From assembly GCA_010405405.1 (NCBI GenBank), contig MU004242.1, forward strand, positions 977,769 to 1,041,768: a stretch of DNA of 64,000 nucleotides. The letters are read 5' to 3'. The translations under genes were made by a program, and so were the position numbers. This DNA comes from Microthyrium microscopicum (taxonomy: Eukaryota). The notes under the pieces were generated by a model. The model worked only from the letters and a program-made list of their open reading frames with translations, was not told the origin of the DNA and did not search any database. Below are positions 24,716-37,378 of the stretch, piece by piece. Numbering within the stretch: position 1 is the first letter of the stretch; each line of letters starts with the position of its first letter.

Positions 24716-25427
24716 ATGGATATCGACGATATCCTCGCCGATCTCGACGCGGCCACCGTCCCGCAGGAAACCCTCGATATTCAACTCTTAACCCGTCTCT
24801 GGGTAGCCGAACGCGTCGCGCCAGAACTTCTCGTCTGGCCTGACGACCTCATCTCCCGCATCACCGAACGCATGTCCGCACAAGTAGAGCTTATTGAGGA
24901 GCAGACGGCGACGATGGATCCGAAGAGCAGTTTTGGGCTTATTGTGCTGCAGACTGAGATGGAGCGTGTCAAGTTTTTGGTGCGGAGTTATTTACGGGCA
25001 CGATTGGCGAAGGTATGTGGCACATTCGAGACGTGTCAGGGGATGTATGCTAATTGATGATGGGGGGATTTAGGTCGATGCGCATCCGCTATATTATAAT
25101 GAAGGGGAACCGGCGGGGAGGTTGTCGGTGGAGGAGAAGCAGTATTTGACGGCGCATCAGACGCTGCTTGAGGCACATTATGGCGCGTCGTTCTTGGGGC
25201 AGTTTCCGGCACAGTTGCAGCGCATGGATGATCCGGCGGGTGGGATCAGTATGGTGGAGACGCCGGATGCTGAGCGTGCGGTGTTTGTGAGGGCGCTGAG
25301 AGATGCGGGCTTGGTCAGAATGCCCGGGCGAGATGAGTCGTGGGATGTAAAGAGAGGGGATGTCAGAGTGGTTAGATGGAGTGCGGTCAGAGATCTTGTG
25401 GAGATTGGAGATCTCGAACTCATATGA
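24716..25427 (+). CDS. SLD5: GINS complex subunit Sld5
   Basis: [58 protein letters not shown]; intron 25013-25073; ACGCG element at 24621. Confidence 0.93.
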
Positions 25428-25520
25428 CGGAGCGTCTCACGAGAAACAGGATTATGATCAGAGACGAAGAGACGATGAAGAGACTAGATTTGATATTTGG
25501 TTAACAACAGCCAAGTCGGA

Positions 25521-27004
25521 TCAACTGGTCTTTGCACACACGCCCATGTCCTTCTTATCCACATCTGCCTTGGGCATGATATCAAAATCGAAGATATCTA
25601 CTGGAATACCAAGCGTCGTACATGCGTTTGGAACCTATTCGGCGTCAGCAGCATTCTCTGAACGGATGACAAATATTTACGTCGACTATTCCAGCAATAT
25701 GGCCCTGGATTGGAGCGCAACCCAGTAGCAGGTAGCACTGGTAGTCGTCATATCCGAATCTTTTCAAGTATTCGATGGCATTTAAACTCGCTTGGCGATA
25801 CGCGACAGTTGCATCCATGTAATGCTGTTTGCCATGTTCGTCGACGCTGAAGCCTTCGAAGTAGATGTATCGACCAGCGCCAAACTGCGGTTCTACAGCT
25901 CCGGGAATGAAGATTGGGTTTTTGCTGATGCTAGTCATACCACCTTTGACGAGGCTGAAGCTTATGGTTATGACTCCTGCCATCTCAATCGCGCCACAAA
26001 CTATCTATGTCAGCAGGTCGAAACATCACGTCGGTATGCATGGCTTACAAGATATTTCACCATCTCCCTCTACGCTACTGTCAGCATTCGTAATACATGA
26101 ATGATTCAGAGCAAAACTTACGGCTGAAATGGAGATCACCAACACTGAACTTCGCTCCCTTGACGTGCACGGGCAAGTACACTTTACTCCCACGACTCAA
26201 GTTCTTGATGTCACAGTTTCCACCGTGCTCCGGACGTCCAGGAATGGTCCTAGCACCCTCCTTGCCGACCTTCTCCTTGATCTCAGCAGACGCTGATCCA
26301 GCATGCACGCTCTGCGGCTCCGGAGGCAAAGCAACCACACGATCCATGTGCGAGCACGCAGTAATCAACTCCGCCTCACGCGTATTCCACGTCTCCAATA
26401 TCTCCTGCGAAGGCGCACATCCCAAGATACCCGGATGGATCAGACCTGGAAACTTAACACCTGGAATACTGCAACCACGTCAGCCAAGCCCACCAAGCTT
26501 AGGGAAGAGACTCACTGTCTGCTAGAGCAGTAAATCCCCTCAAAGTCCCAAATCGCCTTTGCCGCCTTTGGATAAATATCATCCAAGAAGTCCCCTCCAT
26601 TCCCCTTATCAAAAATACCCGTGAACCCCCATAATTGATCCTGCAATGGCTGCACGTCAAGGATATCAAGGACGAGTAGATCGCCTGGCTCGGCACCTTC
26701 AATGTCAAAGGGTCCGGTCAGGTAGTGCACGCGGGTCAAGTCTACGTTGAGAATGTCATCGGCGCTATCATTGTTGCCGATTTGGCCGCCTGTCCAGTCG
26801 ACGCATTCGATCTTAGTTGCTGTATTGAGGGGAATGGTGGTTACGGAGGGGTTGTCTGGGTGCCAGCGATTCTATGGAATGGATTAGTGGTCAGTGGGTA
26901 TAGAAGGGACTTGGAGAGAGTACGTGGAGGCAGGACTGTTCGGCGGCGGGTGTCGTGAGACTGATTTTCGCTGCGTAGGGAAGTTCTTTGCCTGGTGGAG
27001 CCAT
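25521..27004 (-). CDS. fmdS: Formamidase (FmdA/AmdA family), 6 exons
   Basis: H|NRWHPD, IECVDWTGGQI, VHYLTGPF, WGFTGIFDKGNGG, GRPEHGGNCDIKNLSRGS, SVGDLHFS, IVD|VPNACTTLGIP. Confidence 0.95.
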
Positions 27005-27117
27005 TTTGACACTGCTTTGCAGTTATTCTGCAGATTTTGTTTCAGACAATGGTTGATGGACTGCTTTCACAGAAAGATCAAGTCTATAAAGGAGATCAAT
27101 TCAGCAGGAAGTACAAT

Positions 27118-27464
27118 CTATCTCTACTTGTAGCACTAGAGTATCGTGTAAGATAAAGCCCCTGTCCCCAGTTACCCAAGTCCAGCATGTCATAGATATT
27201 CCCGTCAGCCAGTAACACAATTGCGGCTGGATGCCCAGCAATTCTCGGCCCAGATGCACCGAACCACGCTTGGTCGAACCGTCGAATGTCGATAAGCAAT
27301 TGCGATAACAAGCTCCAGTTTATGGCTGCATCTCTGGGAGCTCCCATGTAAAACTACTGCACAACGGCTGGGGTTACAGTGGGGTATGCATTGAAGGTCT
27401 GGAGCTCCACCGGATATCGCTCGAGCTATCCGCAACTGTTAGAGGTATGTAGTTGAGGCTATCG
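27118..27464. promoter_or_regulatory. Cluster of HGATAR (AreA/Nit2) sites upstream of fmdS
   Basis: CTATCT 27118, AGATAA 27151, CGATAA 27290 and 27303, CTATCG 27459. Confidence 0.5.
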
Positions 27465-27644
27465 ATTTTGGAGACATGACAGGTCATACAGCCAATGCCG
27501 ATGAGAGTCTTAGGTCATGATTTATATGATCGATTCAGAGCGGTCTAAAATACAGTTTTCATGATTGAAGTGGATAACGATACAATCAATATGATACATT
27601 CAAGTTCATTACATCTGCACTTCTTCGCGCCTATTTTTTATCCC

Positions 27645-28975
27645 TCAAGTGAATTTGCGACCCGGATAGCTAGGCACTCCGGTCTTATTCTTGTCCTCAT
27701 CATGCTTGACGTTCAATGCATCAATTGCAGCCAATGGTAATCGCATGAATTCGTGTTTGTTCTTCCAATGCACCTGACTTTCGATAAACTCCTTCTCCTC
27801 TGATGGTGGAGGTGGCGGATCTGTGATCTTGGTCACCAAGTACGCAGTGCTGGCCTCCGCGACACCATAGATGAGCACACCGACGAGTGGGATCTTGGTC
27901 ATGGTGGTGAATGCGAAAGCGAAGCCGAAGAGGACGCCTTCACGGTCTTTGAACCAGGCTTTCTTTTGAGCGGGCGTGAAATGGACGCGGTGGAAGTATG
28001 GGACAAGCTGTGCGCTGTTAGCATGTGCGACAAAGAGGAAGGTGAGAACTTACCAGCTCTCGCATCAGGGTCCGTGATGAGAAGTAGGTTTGTAGGAACG
28101 TGACGAGGTATCTCTTTGGCAAGAAGATTGATGTGCCGAAGATAACGACAGCAGGCTGAAGACCGACAGCTTTGTTGAACGTGTAGAACGAGGCAGCCGG
28201 AAGCACAAATTTGCCGATGTACGGGAAGAACGAACAGGCATATACCGCAAGTGAGATGCCACCACGTCTCGCAAATCGCGTCAAGACTATGATGAAGGCG
28301 TCCATTGGGCTCTTCTTTCCTGCTGGATCCTGGGGAGTTCCAGCCTGATACATGCGGAGGTTGGGATAGTACATTGCACGAAGTCCTTTGGGGTCGTCGG
28401 AGCGATGTTTCTGGACGTAGGTTCTATCTACCCATTCTAACGACTCCATGAACCTATCAGGAGTCAGACGATGCATTGTGGGATTGGATTATAGCTTACA
28501 TGTTGTCCAATGTTGGTGTGATGTATCGCATCATTGTCATCAAGAAGAATGGCACTTGAAGGACCGAGTGCTCAAGGAAGTGCAAACCGTCGATAAGGTC
28601 GTTGTCCCATGTTGATCCTTTGAGGTTGATGAAGAATCCAAGGAACCAGATGAAGATTCTGATGCCCACAGTCTGCAGTCTTGTTAGTCTAGAACGCGAG
28701 ATCCAGGATGGGAGACATACTGGAATCGCTATGATGATGCGAATTGCTAAGCCAGCGAAAACAGCGGCTACAGCCTGGCGGTAATGGTCGGATGTAAACA
28801 AATTTGGGTTTTGAAGTGCTCTATGGGCTGTGATTTCAGGATCAGCTTTTGATTCGCGGTTTCCACGGTATTATCTTCACATACCTCCAACAACGGTAAG
28901 CTGGGCGCCGCGAAGGATCGCGTTGGGCTCGAAGGCGGGTTTACTGGAATCCATCGCAAGAGCGGGTCTTTCCAT
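27645..28975 (-). CDS. usgS: Transmembrane protein UsgS (EI24-like), multi-exon
   Basis: FEPNAILRGAQLTVVG|AHRALQNPNLFTSDHYRQA, LQVPFFLM, FMESLEWVDRTY, YFSSRTLMRELL.PYF, WFKDREGVLFGF, ASTAYLVTKITDPPPPP. Confidence 0.85.
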
Positions 28976-29961
28976 GGTGGAGCGAACAAATAATCAACCA
29001 GAATTGGCGGGAGCTGGGACTATAAGATAAAACTCTGAGACCTGAGTACGCGTTGATGCCAGATCCCGGGTGTTTGTTTGCTCCTGCAGCCGACAACAGC
29101 GGTTGAGGGTGACAAGTCGTAAGCCGCTCTACTTTATGCTTCCAGATTGAATGTCCTTGCTCTTTCAGCTTTTCTGCTTTGTGCGGTGAGTTTCGATAAT
29201 GTCCGAATTCAATGGTGGTTGTTGCGTTCTGATGGAGGCTAACGTCATGATTCTGGATCAAGTTGAGTTGGGGCGCCTGCGACAAGCTGGGTCCCTGCGC
29301 TAGTCGCCAGATCTTGATTCTTTGATATGGGCTACACAGGAGCCCACAGTATTCGCCTTCAATTTTAGTCATCATGTTTGCACAAGAAGAAATAGAAGAT
29401 TCTTTAATGTATTTCCTTATCGAATTCACGGCCGAAAATCGTTTTCATTTTGAAATGCAACAAGTTCAAATGTTTTATGGTAATTTGAAAAATCTATTAT
29501 TAAACAACTCTTGATTGGTCCATTCCTTCACTACGATAAATCTCCAATTTATGATTGGCTCGATATTTGAGATTCCCTTCTACGCCATTGACTTCATATT
29601 AATCAATAAAGGCGTTTATGAAGAATGAATTGTTCTAACAAAGACCACTAAGCTTCGCCTCAAATACTTCGCTTGACACAAAGAAAATCATTATATCATT
29701 TAACTTTGTTCAGAAATAGAAATGCTTTATCATCTTTCATGGAGCTTCATTGTTTTGTGAAATGAACAATAGTTTTGTGTGAATTTTGACGAGACAGCAC
29801 TATCTGTACTGGTATATAACCATGTAGACTTCTCATGAGTTCAGATCGATAAATATTCATATTCGGCATAGCAGGATCTACAGCTTGACATTCACGCAAT
29901 TCTATAGACTTTCATTCAGCTCATACATTCTCCAAAAAATCATACTCTGACTCTCACAGCA

Positions 29962-30534
29962 ATGGCAATGGCAAATAACATAGATTATGCACATTTCTTG
30001 AATATAGAGCTTAGATACGTTGGCCCCGACGATGACCGTCGTTTACTGTGTCCTGGACCATGCATCCACACGGCCGACGAAGAATATTGGACCCGCGACC
30101 AAATTAACGACTACCTAAGACGCTGCTTCGAGGGACCGCTTCCCCCTCAAACGATGCAAGCTTCAACTCCAAACGGGGACAACGTTACTCTAGTAGACTT
30201 TATCGATTCCCTGTTCTGTTGGTGTCCACCCTGCGAGCAAGCAGCTCTCCAGATGTTTAACAGAGTAAGTCGAACGTGGCTACAAATGAAAGCCAATGAC
30301 TTGGCCAGAGAAAATTCAGTCCGCAGGACAGTTGGTGCCGAAGATGTCTGTGGCATCTGCCTGGAGAACTTGTTGCCAATCGAAGAAGGTAATCCCCTGA
30401 GATGGTGTCAGAGACAGTGCGGAAATAGTTTCCACAGGCAGTGTATCAAGCAGTGGCATCAGGCTTCCCCACCACGCAGTTGTCCTTTGTGCAAGGCAGG
30501 TTGGGGTCTTCGCTTGCCTTATAGCTGGGTCTAA
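29962..30534 (+). CDS. RING-type zinc finger protein (putative E3 ligase), intronless
   Basis: CGICLENL...WCQRQCGNSFHRQCIKQW...CPLCKAGW. Confidence 0.75.
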   Translation: MAMANNIDYAHFLNIELRYVGPDDDRRLLCPGPCIHTADEEYWTRDQINDYLRRCFEGPLPPQTMQASTPNGDNVTLVDFIDSLFCWCPPCEQAALQMFNRVSRTWLQMKANDLARENSVRRTVGAEDVCGICLENLLPIEEGNPLRWCQRQCGNSFHRQCIKQWHQASPPRSCPLCKAGWGLRLPYSWV

Positions 30535-30987
30535 GGGGATAACGATTATTAATGCTGATTCGTTACGATAGCTAGGTAAGTATTGTATATAAAGTTGATG
30601 TTGCTCCTTTCGTTATTGTCCATTGTGCACGTTGGAGTGTACATATTTGATGTTGAGCACGTACTAGTACCTTAAAACTCTATATAGTCATATCCAGTAT
30701 CACGCCAGCATCTATTGTTCCAAACCAGAGAGTCTGTCAAATCGTGTTTCCTGGAATTTCTGTTGTTAAGAAGCTCCCATATTGGTGCCTCAAGTAGCGA
30801 ATGAGTTAGCGGTGGGCTTTCCAGCCTATAAGCATCGAGTCTTTTTTGTCAGTTCATATCATTCGTTCACTTGTCAAAAACTCACACATTACTTCAATGA
30901 TTGTATTAGACCAAGTGAGACTATACTATAATCCCAACCTTTCACTGCATTCATTTCATCCAGCTCCCGCGGGGTACCACAGAGTAA

Positions 30988-33764
30988 TCAGATATGTCCA
31001 CGCCTTCCACCTTCCTTAGGTTTCGTCATATGCGTAACCATACCCAGTATCCCCAAATTCGTCTCCACCGGAATGTCCCCACTGCGCTTAGCATTATCGT
31101 CTTCTATCTCACCACCCTTGACAATCCACGATGCCGCCAAATCGCTGTCATCATCAATGAGGTTACTCGTCGTACGAGGGAGATTGGACGGCCGGGATGG
31201 GCTAGAGCCTGGCTCGTCTGTTTCCTCGGGCGCTTCCACGGGGTCATCTTCGAGGACGTGGTGATGGCTAGTGGCTGCGCGGGATGTGCGGGTGGGCCCG
31301 TGGAGGGGAGACGAGCGTGGTTGATGGTGGGGATCGAGGAGGATGGAGTGCATGGGGGACATGTGGACGGCGCTAGGTGCCATGCGGGGCGTTTGTTGGT
31401 AGCTGTGTCTAAGAGCGGAGGGAGCGTGTCGTTGATGAGTGACTGCTGTATGAGTGGGTGTGTCGGGGTTGGGGGAACCCATGTTGATGCCAGGGAAGGT
31501 TGGTGGTGGATGGAATGGGCGTTTGCGAGAATGGAGGCCTCGCTTTGTAGGGTTGGGTCCGTAGTGTTCAAGAAAGGAGACGTATGATTCCATGAGTTTG
31601 TTGTTTTTGTCGCCGTAGTATGCTTCCCGCAGATTGTCGTTTCCTTGTTGGCCAGGCTTTTGTGCTTTTCCACCATGCTTGAAGTCAAACACAGCGAAAG
31701 AACAGACAGTGCCGAGGCCGTCGACGTGGATAGTGAACTCGCGGAAGAAGTCTACGAGTTGCTCGACGCATCGTGGCAAACTCCACATCAGAACGAGGGG
31801 GGTAATGATAACGCCAGCAATGTCCTCCAAGAACAGCAGGGCTTCCAGTTTGTACATTGATGAAAAGTCTCGGCGGACTTCATCACTATACAACTTGTCC
31901 TTCCAGGAGTCTGGGTAATATTGCATGTGAGCGATGACAGCGTTCATTGCCACTTCGGGGTCCCACAGATCATCAACCTCTTCATCAGTCGCAGCGCCAC
32001 GGAAGGCTACGTAGAGAGTACCGAAAATACCGAGCCAGAACAACGCGGTTTTGCCTCCTATTTCAAAACCGAGGAAGAGATCTGGATCCCACATGGTGAC
32101 AACTCCAAGTACTGCTGCTAAAGCACTAGCTATGAAAGCGGCGAATCGCATCATTTGATTGGTTTTGTCTTTTGGAAATTGGTCCAGATATCTGTTTGCA
32201 AAGGGATACACCATTCTCTTACGACGATGGAACATGTGCGATACTTCGTTGTAGTTGCGAATTTTCCATTCCGCGACAAGAGAGAACTTTCTGGTACTCA
32301 GCTCAGAAGGATTCTTCTGATATTCCTGTTTTATGTTAGTGAATCTTAACGTGCTGGATTTTTGGGAACAAATACCGTAAATGATCGCAAGAATCGAATA
32401 GCGACCGCCCAGAAAGCCATAGGACCAGATAGGAATATGTTGACGACCCCAGCAATGAAGAATCGCTTTCGAAGGATATCGATCAATTGCTGGCGACGCT
32501 TGGTACCTCGAAACTGTGGCTTGACTTGTCCGTTGTCATCAAACACAAAGTCCATAAGACACATTGAGATATTCAATTCCAAACTTCGAGTGTAGAAGCT
32601 TCGTCGACCAAAGAAAGGCAGATCTAGATTACAATCCAGAATATCCTTGTTGATAAGTGCTATGAAAAAGTTCTCCCGACGCATTAGTCGGTTAGCAATA
32701 TCATGCGCGTCCATTCGCTGTTTTGACTGTGTAGAGATAAAGCGTCGATTAGCCGGAGATATGTTGAGAGCAGTGTTAGGATTAGTATCACGAAGCTCCA
32801 TGAGTTTTGCAACAACGTATTGCCAGGTCACGGTTTGTATATCCTTATCCGGAATGTCTAAGAGATGGAGATAGAAGTTGTGCATGTCCCATAAGGCAGG
32901 AAGTTGCTGTATCCATCGGAAGACCGTATACCCAGCCGCAGCAAAGAAAAAGAAGATGGCCATGTTCCAGTACAGGGGAAGACTTTTGGTACATTGTGGA
33001 ACTCTCACATCGGCGAATCTGGAACTGCCTGGTAGTTTGCTGTAGTCAATACAGAAGAACATGAACGTCGATAGACCGCCCACGAATGCCGCAGTAAACA
33101 CTGATATGGCTCTTCTTAAATATATCGAGTATATGCCATGTTCTTCGTAATAATTATAGACAGACTTGAGGAACGTGTCGAGATTGTTGACATTTGCCCA
33201 CATCCACATGGCTCGCTGTTTGGGATCGACTATGAAACTCTGATGCATACCCGGATTACGAGTAGTGTTGTTTCGACGGTCTCGCATGGGTGGAGGATCT
33301 CCATGAAGTCGCTGTTGTGTTTGTGTAGCCTGCCATTGTATGCGTGTATTTCGTGTTTCTGGTCCAGGAGCAGGAGTTGGTTGGTCATCCATGCGGGAGT
33401 TCCTCGACTTTCGTCGCCGTCGTCGATCTGGTTTGCCTTCCAACAGTAACGACTCTGGGACATCATCGTCGTCGTCTGTGATTGTTTCCAAGGGCCGAGC
33501 ATCCCTAGCTGAGACTGGTGGAGATTGGCCAGTGGCAACTGCTTTGCCTGCCTTGTTCAGACTTATTCTGGCTGCCGAGGGTAATGATATGTTATCTTCC
33601 ATGCCTTCTGCCAGTAATGCTTCAAGATCTTGGTCTTCAAATTGCGCGTCGTTACTATCAAGGTCGTCGGCAGCGAGAGCTTCGATGTCGCTTCGGCGGG
33701 GTGCCATGGGGTCATCGTCATCGCTGGCGGAGGGAAGAAGGCGGGAGAGAATATTGGAAGCCAT
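30988..33764 (-). CDS. ATG9: Autophagy protein Atg9
   Basis: WMWANVNNLDTFL, KQRMDAHDIANRLMRRENF, YLDQFPKDK, VDFFREFTIHVDGLGTVCSFAVFDF; intron 32326-32375. Confidence 0.96.
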
Positions 33765-34295
33765 AGTGAATCCAAACGACTATTTGGTAGCGTGAAAAAG
33801 AATGCTTGAATGTAGAGCGAAAAGGGCGTTTGACTAGTGCTTGGTAACGGATGAGAGGGGTGGACAAGCTTAGAGTCAACAGTCAACACCCTATGGCAGT
33901 GTAGGGGCCATTTGACGAGCAGCGGCAAGTCATAGGCAGACTGAGTCTGTTGTCATGTTGCGGCAGGCTGAAGGGGTGTCTCAGTGTTCATCTGATATAT
34001 GCTGCTGGAGGAGGAGTTGCAAGTGGAAAGAGAGACAAAGAAGAGAGGAAAGGCACGAGACGAGGCAACACGCACCTGTCAGTCATTCATTTAAACGCGT
34101 CGGTCGGTAGAGCCCGGAATTTGCCGTCTACCGCGCGCTTGGTCCACCACACACAACTTCAGTCCTTTGTTTGCATACAGCACCAAGGGACTGACGTCGA
34201 ACAGTTCGAAGGAGAAAGAGCTGGGAAAGCTAATGGGTGATGCGCTGGCAGTTTGACATAACATATAGTCGCAATTTATCTGAGCACTGGGAAAG

Positions 34296-36299
34296 ATGAC
34301 TGCTCCAGATGCGTCGTCTCCTCTAGCAACAGTAGGTGCAAATCTGCGCCAGAATGCTCTCTCTAGCCGGATTACAAGTGTTCTTTCGGCTTCCTATTCG
34401 GACCTGGAGATAAGGGATACTCTCGCTATTCTAGATCAGCGACAGTTTAAGAATACATCCGAGTCTCGTCGTCGTTTACGTCTAGATGTCCAGGAAGAGG
34501 TTATTCGGAGAAATGGCGAGATCTTGAATGACTTCAAAGGCGTGGCTGATGAACTTCGTCGCGTTGAAGCCAGTCTAACTCGGTTGACCGCAACCTGTAA
34601 CTCTATGCGAGCTCAGATCAATTCTGCAAATCAGACGACGGCTCCTGTTTTAGAAGAGGCTGGGATTCTGTTGACACAGAAAAGAGATGTTGAAACCAAG
34701 CAACATGTTCTTGGGGCATTTCAAAAACACTTCTTACTTTCAGAAGAAGATATTGAGCGATTGACTTCAACATCTGAACCAGTGGATGAAGACTTTTTCA
34801 TGACTCTCCAAAAGCTCAAACAGATCCACGCAGACTCGCGGGTGCTTCTGGAATCATCCAACGATCGACTTGGACTATCGATCCTTGATTCTAGCGGCAA
34901 GTCTCTAAATGCTGCCTTTCAGAAACTATACCGCTGGGTCCAACGCGAATTCAAAACTCTCGATCTGGAAAATCCACGCCTGAGCGCTTCGATGCGCAGA
35001 GCTCTACGAGTCCTCGCCGAAAGACCAGCACTATTCAACAACAGCCTCGACAACTTTGCATCCGCCCGCGAAGAGACTTTGTCCAACTCCTTCCACTCGG
35101 CCTTGACCGGTCGCGGCGACGAAGTAGTCGGCAAACCAATCGAGTTCCAGGCCCATGACCCACTACGTTACATAAGCGACATGCTCGCCTGGGTTCACTC
35201 TGCAACCGTCAGCGAACGGGAAGCACTCGAAGCACTCTTCATTGGTGAAGGCCAAGAACTCGCCGCTGGCATCAAAGAAGGCCGCGAGAACGACCCGTGG
35301 AGTCGACAAGACGACGGGACCACCGCTGACGATGTTTTTGATGGTCGCAAAGCACTCAATGACCTCGTCTCGCGTGATATTGCTGGCGTGGCGCGACAAC
35401 TGCGCCAGCGAACAGAGCAGGTTGTGCAAAGCCAAGAAGACGCCACCATTGCGTTCCGAATTGCCAACCTATTGTCCTTCTACAAAGGCACATTCATCAA
35501 ACTCCTCGGGGAAGCCGCCGACGTCCTCGGGGTTCTCACTGCTCTTGAATCTGGCGCACAACGCCAATTCCGCGAAACAACCGCTGACGCCGCAGCACAC
35601 ATGTTCCCTCTCCCGGCGCCATGGACATCAAACTTGCCACCACCGTTCCTCACAGACGCACTTAGCACACTCAGCACTCTACTAAAAACCCACGATTCCT
35701 CCATGGCAGCCGGCACCAGCACCGCCGACCTACTAACCACCGCCCTCGACCCCTTTCTCAACGGCGCCCGCTCACTCTGGGAACCACGCTCTCAACCCCA
35801 CCGCGCAATACTCGCACTCAACTGCCTCCTCGCGACCCGCGCCGTTCTCGCAGCCTATCCAACCTGCGCCCCAAACCTAGCCACCATCGACGACACCCTG
35901 CGCTCGCAAGCCGCGTCCCTATCAACACACGTCTCGCAATCTCTGCTCCAAAACTCTGGCCTAGCATCACTATCCAATGCCCTCGATAAGCTAGAGGAAC
36001 AGGACATGCCGCTACGCTCACTTCCCTTATTGGCAGATCCAACATCTCTAGCAAGCATAGCAACGCAACTAGACGCCTGGCTGCCCTCTGCGCTCCTGGA
36101 TGCGCAAGAAAGTCTCGAGGGGCTGCAGAGCGCACGCTTAGCGAGGCAGGTAGTAGAAGAAGCAGCAGGGGAATTCGTGAGTGCGTTTGAGAGGGTGGAA
36201 GAGGCCGTGGAGAACTGCGATGAAGAGATGGGTGGGGAAGGGAAGTTGAGGGAGGTATTTCCCAGGACTGGGGAGGAGATTCGCGTGCTGTTGAGCTGA
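34296..36299 (+). CDS. COG6: Conserved oligomeric Golgi complex subunit 6
   Basis: ITSVLSASYSDLEIRD, AFQKLYRW, LRVLAERPALF, AHDPLRYISDMLAWVHSATVSEREALEALF, FPRTGEEIRVLLS. Confidence 0.95.
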   Translation: MTAPDASSPLATVGANLRQNALSSRITSVLSASYSDLEIRDTLAILDQRQFKNTSESRRRLRLDVQEEVIRRNGEILNDFKGVADELRRVEASLTRLTATCNSMRAQINSANQTTAPVLEEAGILLTQKRDVETKQHVLGAFQKHFLLSEEDIERLTSTSEPVDEDFFMTLQKLKQIHADSRVLLESSNDRLGLSILDSSGKSLNAAFQKLYRWVQREFKTLDLENPRLSASMRRALRVLAERPALFNNSLDNFASAREETLSNSFHSALTGRGDEVVGKPIEFQAHDPLRYISDMLAWVHSATVSEREALEALFIGEGQELAAGIKEGRENDPWSRQDDGTTADDVFDGRKALNDLVSRDIAGVARQLRQRTEQVVQSQEDATIAFRIANLLSFYKGTFIKLLGEAADVLGVLTALESGAQRQFRETTADAAAHMFPLPAPWTSNLPPPFLTDALSTLSTLLKTHDSSMAAGTSTADLLTTALDPFLNGARSLWEPRSQPHRAILALNCLLATRAVLAAYPTCAPNLATIDDTLRSQAASLSTHVSQSLLQNSGLASLSNALDKLEEQDMPLRSLPLLADPTSLASIATQLDAWLPSALLDAQESLEGLQSARLARQVVEEAAGEFVSAFERVEEAVENCDEEMGGEGKLREVFPRTGEEIRVLLS

Positions 36300-36880
36300 T
36301 AGCCTGGAGTTGGACAATACATATGACATGGACATGTATGAGGACGCTGTATGTATCGAGCTGATGCAAGAGGCGAAGTGAAGGAAGGGTAGGGGAACCA
36401 TGTCTTGCGTGGACGTATCAAAGGTAGAGCGCATTCAGGGATCACCAATATCTCGTTTCTCCATAAACTTACAATATCACAAGTCATTGTAAGACGCGTT
36501 AGCAGCGAAATACAAAGCTCAGTCGTTGTTACCCGGGTATGTATCATCACATCACACCAAACCAAACCAAGCCTAGACATCACGAAGAAGAATCATCGCG
36601 ACGAAACTCAGTAAAGCATAAAGAAAAAATTGATAAAAAGACGGACAACTTTCAAAAGCCCAAAGCAAGTAGAACTTTCTCTCGGCAGACAACAGCACGA
36701 CCGAAAACAGAGAGACAATAGCAACTAATCCCTTACAACATCTCCATTAGCCCACCCACCAGCGCCTCACCAACCATCATCATCGTACAGAAATATTTGC
36801 TTGATCCCATTCCCCATTGAAATCCCAGGGAACGCCTTTGAACACCTTTGGAAACCACCCTTCACATCAGCAGAAGTCAT

Positions 36881-37378
36881 TTACTTCTTGACCGCACCAT
36901 TGACCTTCTTCGGTCGTCCTCTTCCCTTGGCGGCACCAGCGGCTTTGGGTGCTTTTGGCGCAGCCTTCTTCTTTGCAACCTTGGTTGCTTTTGGCTTGGC
37001 AGCAGCAGTTGTCTTCTTGTTGGTGCTTCCGGCTGGGCGGCCACGTCCTGCGCCAGGAGTCTTCTTTGCTGCGGTGGGTTTTTTGGCTTTGGCTTTTTTG
37101 ACGGTTGGTTTGGTGGGTGCTTCGGGGGTGTCGAAGACGCGGGGCTTGGAGTTGCCGGTGGCGGCGCGCGTCTTTTGATATCGTTAGTAAAGGGACGCGA
37201 TAAGGGGAAGGGGATGTTAAGAGAGCGTGGTAGGATGGGTGAATGGGGATCCGCGTGGTTGATAGATATTGCAGATCATCCCAAGAATCCGGATACCCAT
37301 CACAACAACCACGACGCGCTTTGCGAAGAAAATCAGAAAACATACCTTGCGATCAGTCTTGGGTGGAGCGACAACCAT
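36881..37378 (-). CDS. Small Lys/Ala-rich AT-hook protein (HMGA/H1-tail-like, no H1 globular domain), 107 aa
   Basis: Exons 37378-37346 and 37171-36881 (GTATGT..TACTAAC..AAG) give MVVAPPKTDRKTRAATGNSKPRVF...GRGRPAGS...KGRGRPKK..KK*; probable 5'UTR intron 37404-37564. Confidence 0.8.

Noticed and set aside
36881..37378. Canonical histone H1 (hho1)
   Set aside because: No globular winged-helix domain in the exons found; only K/A-rich sequence and AT-hooks.
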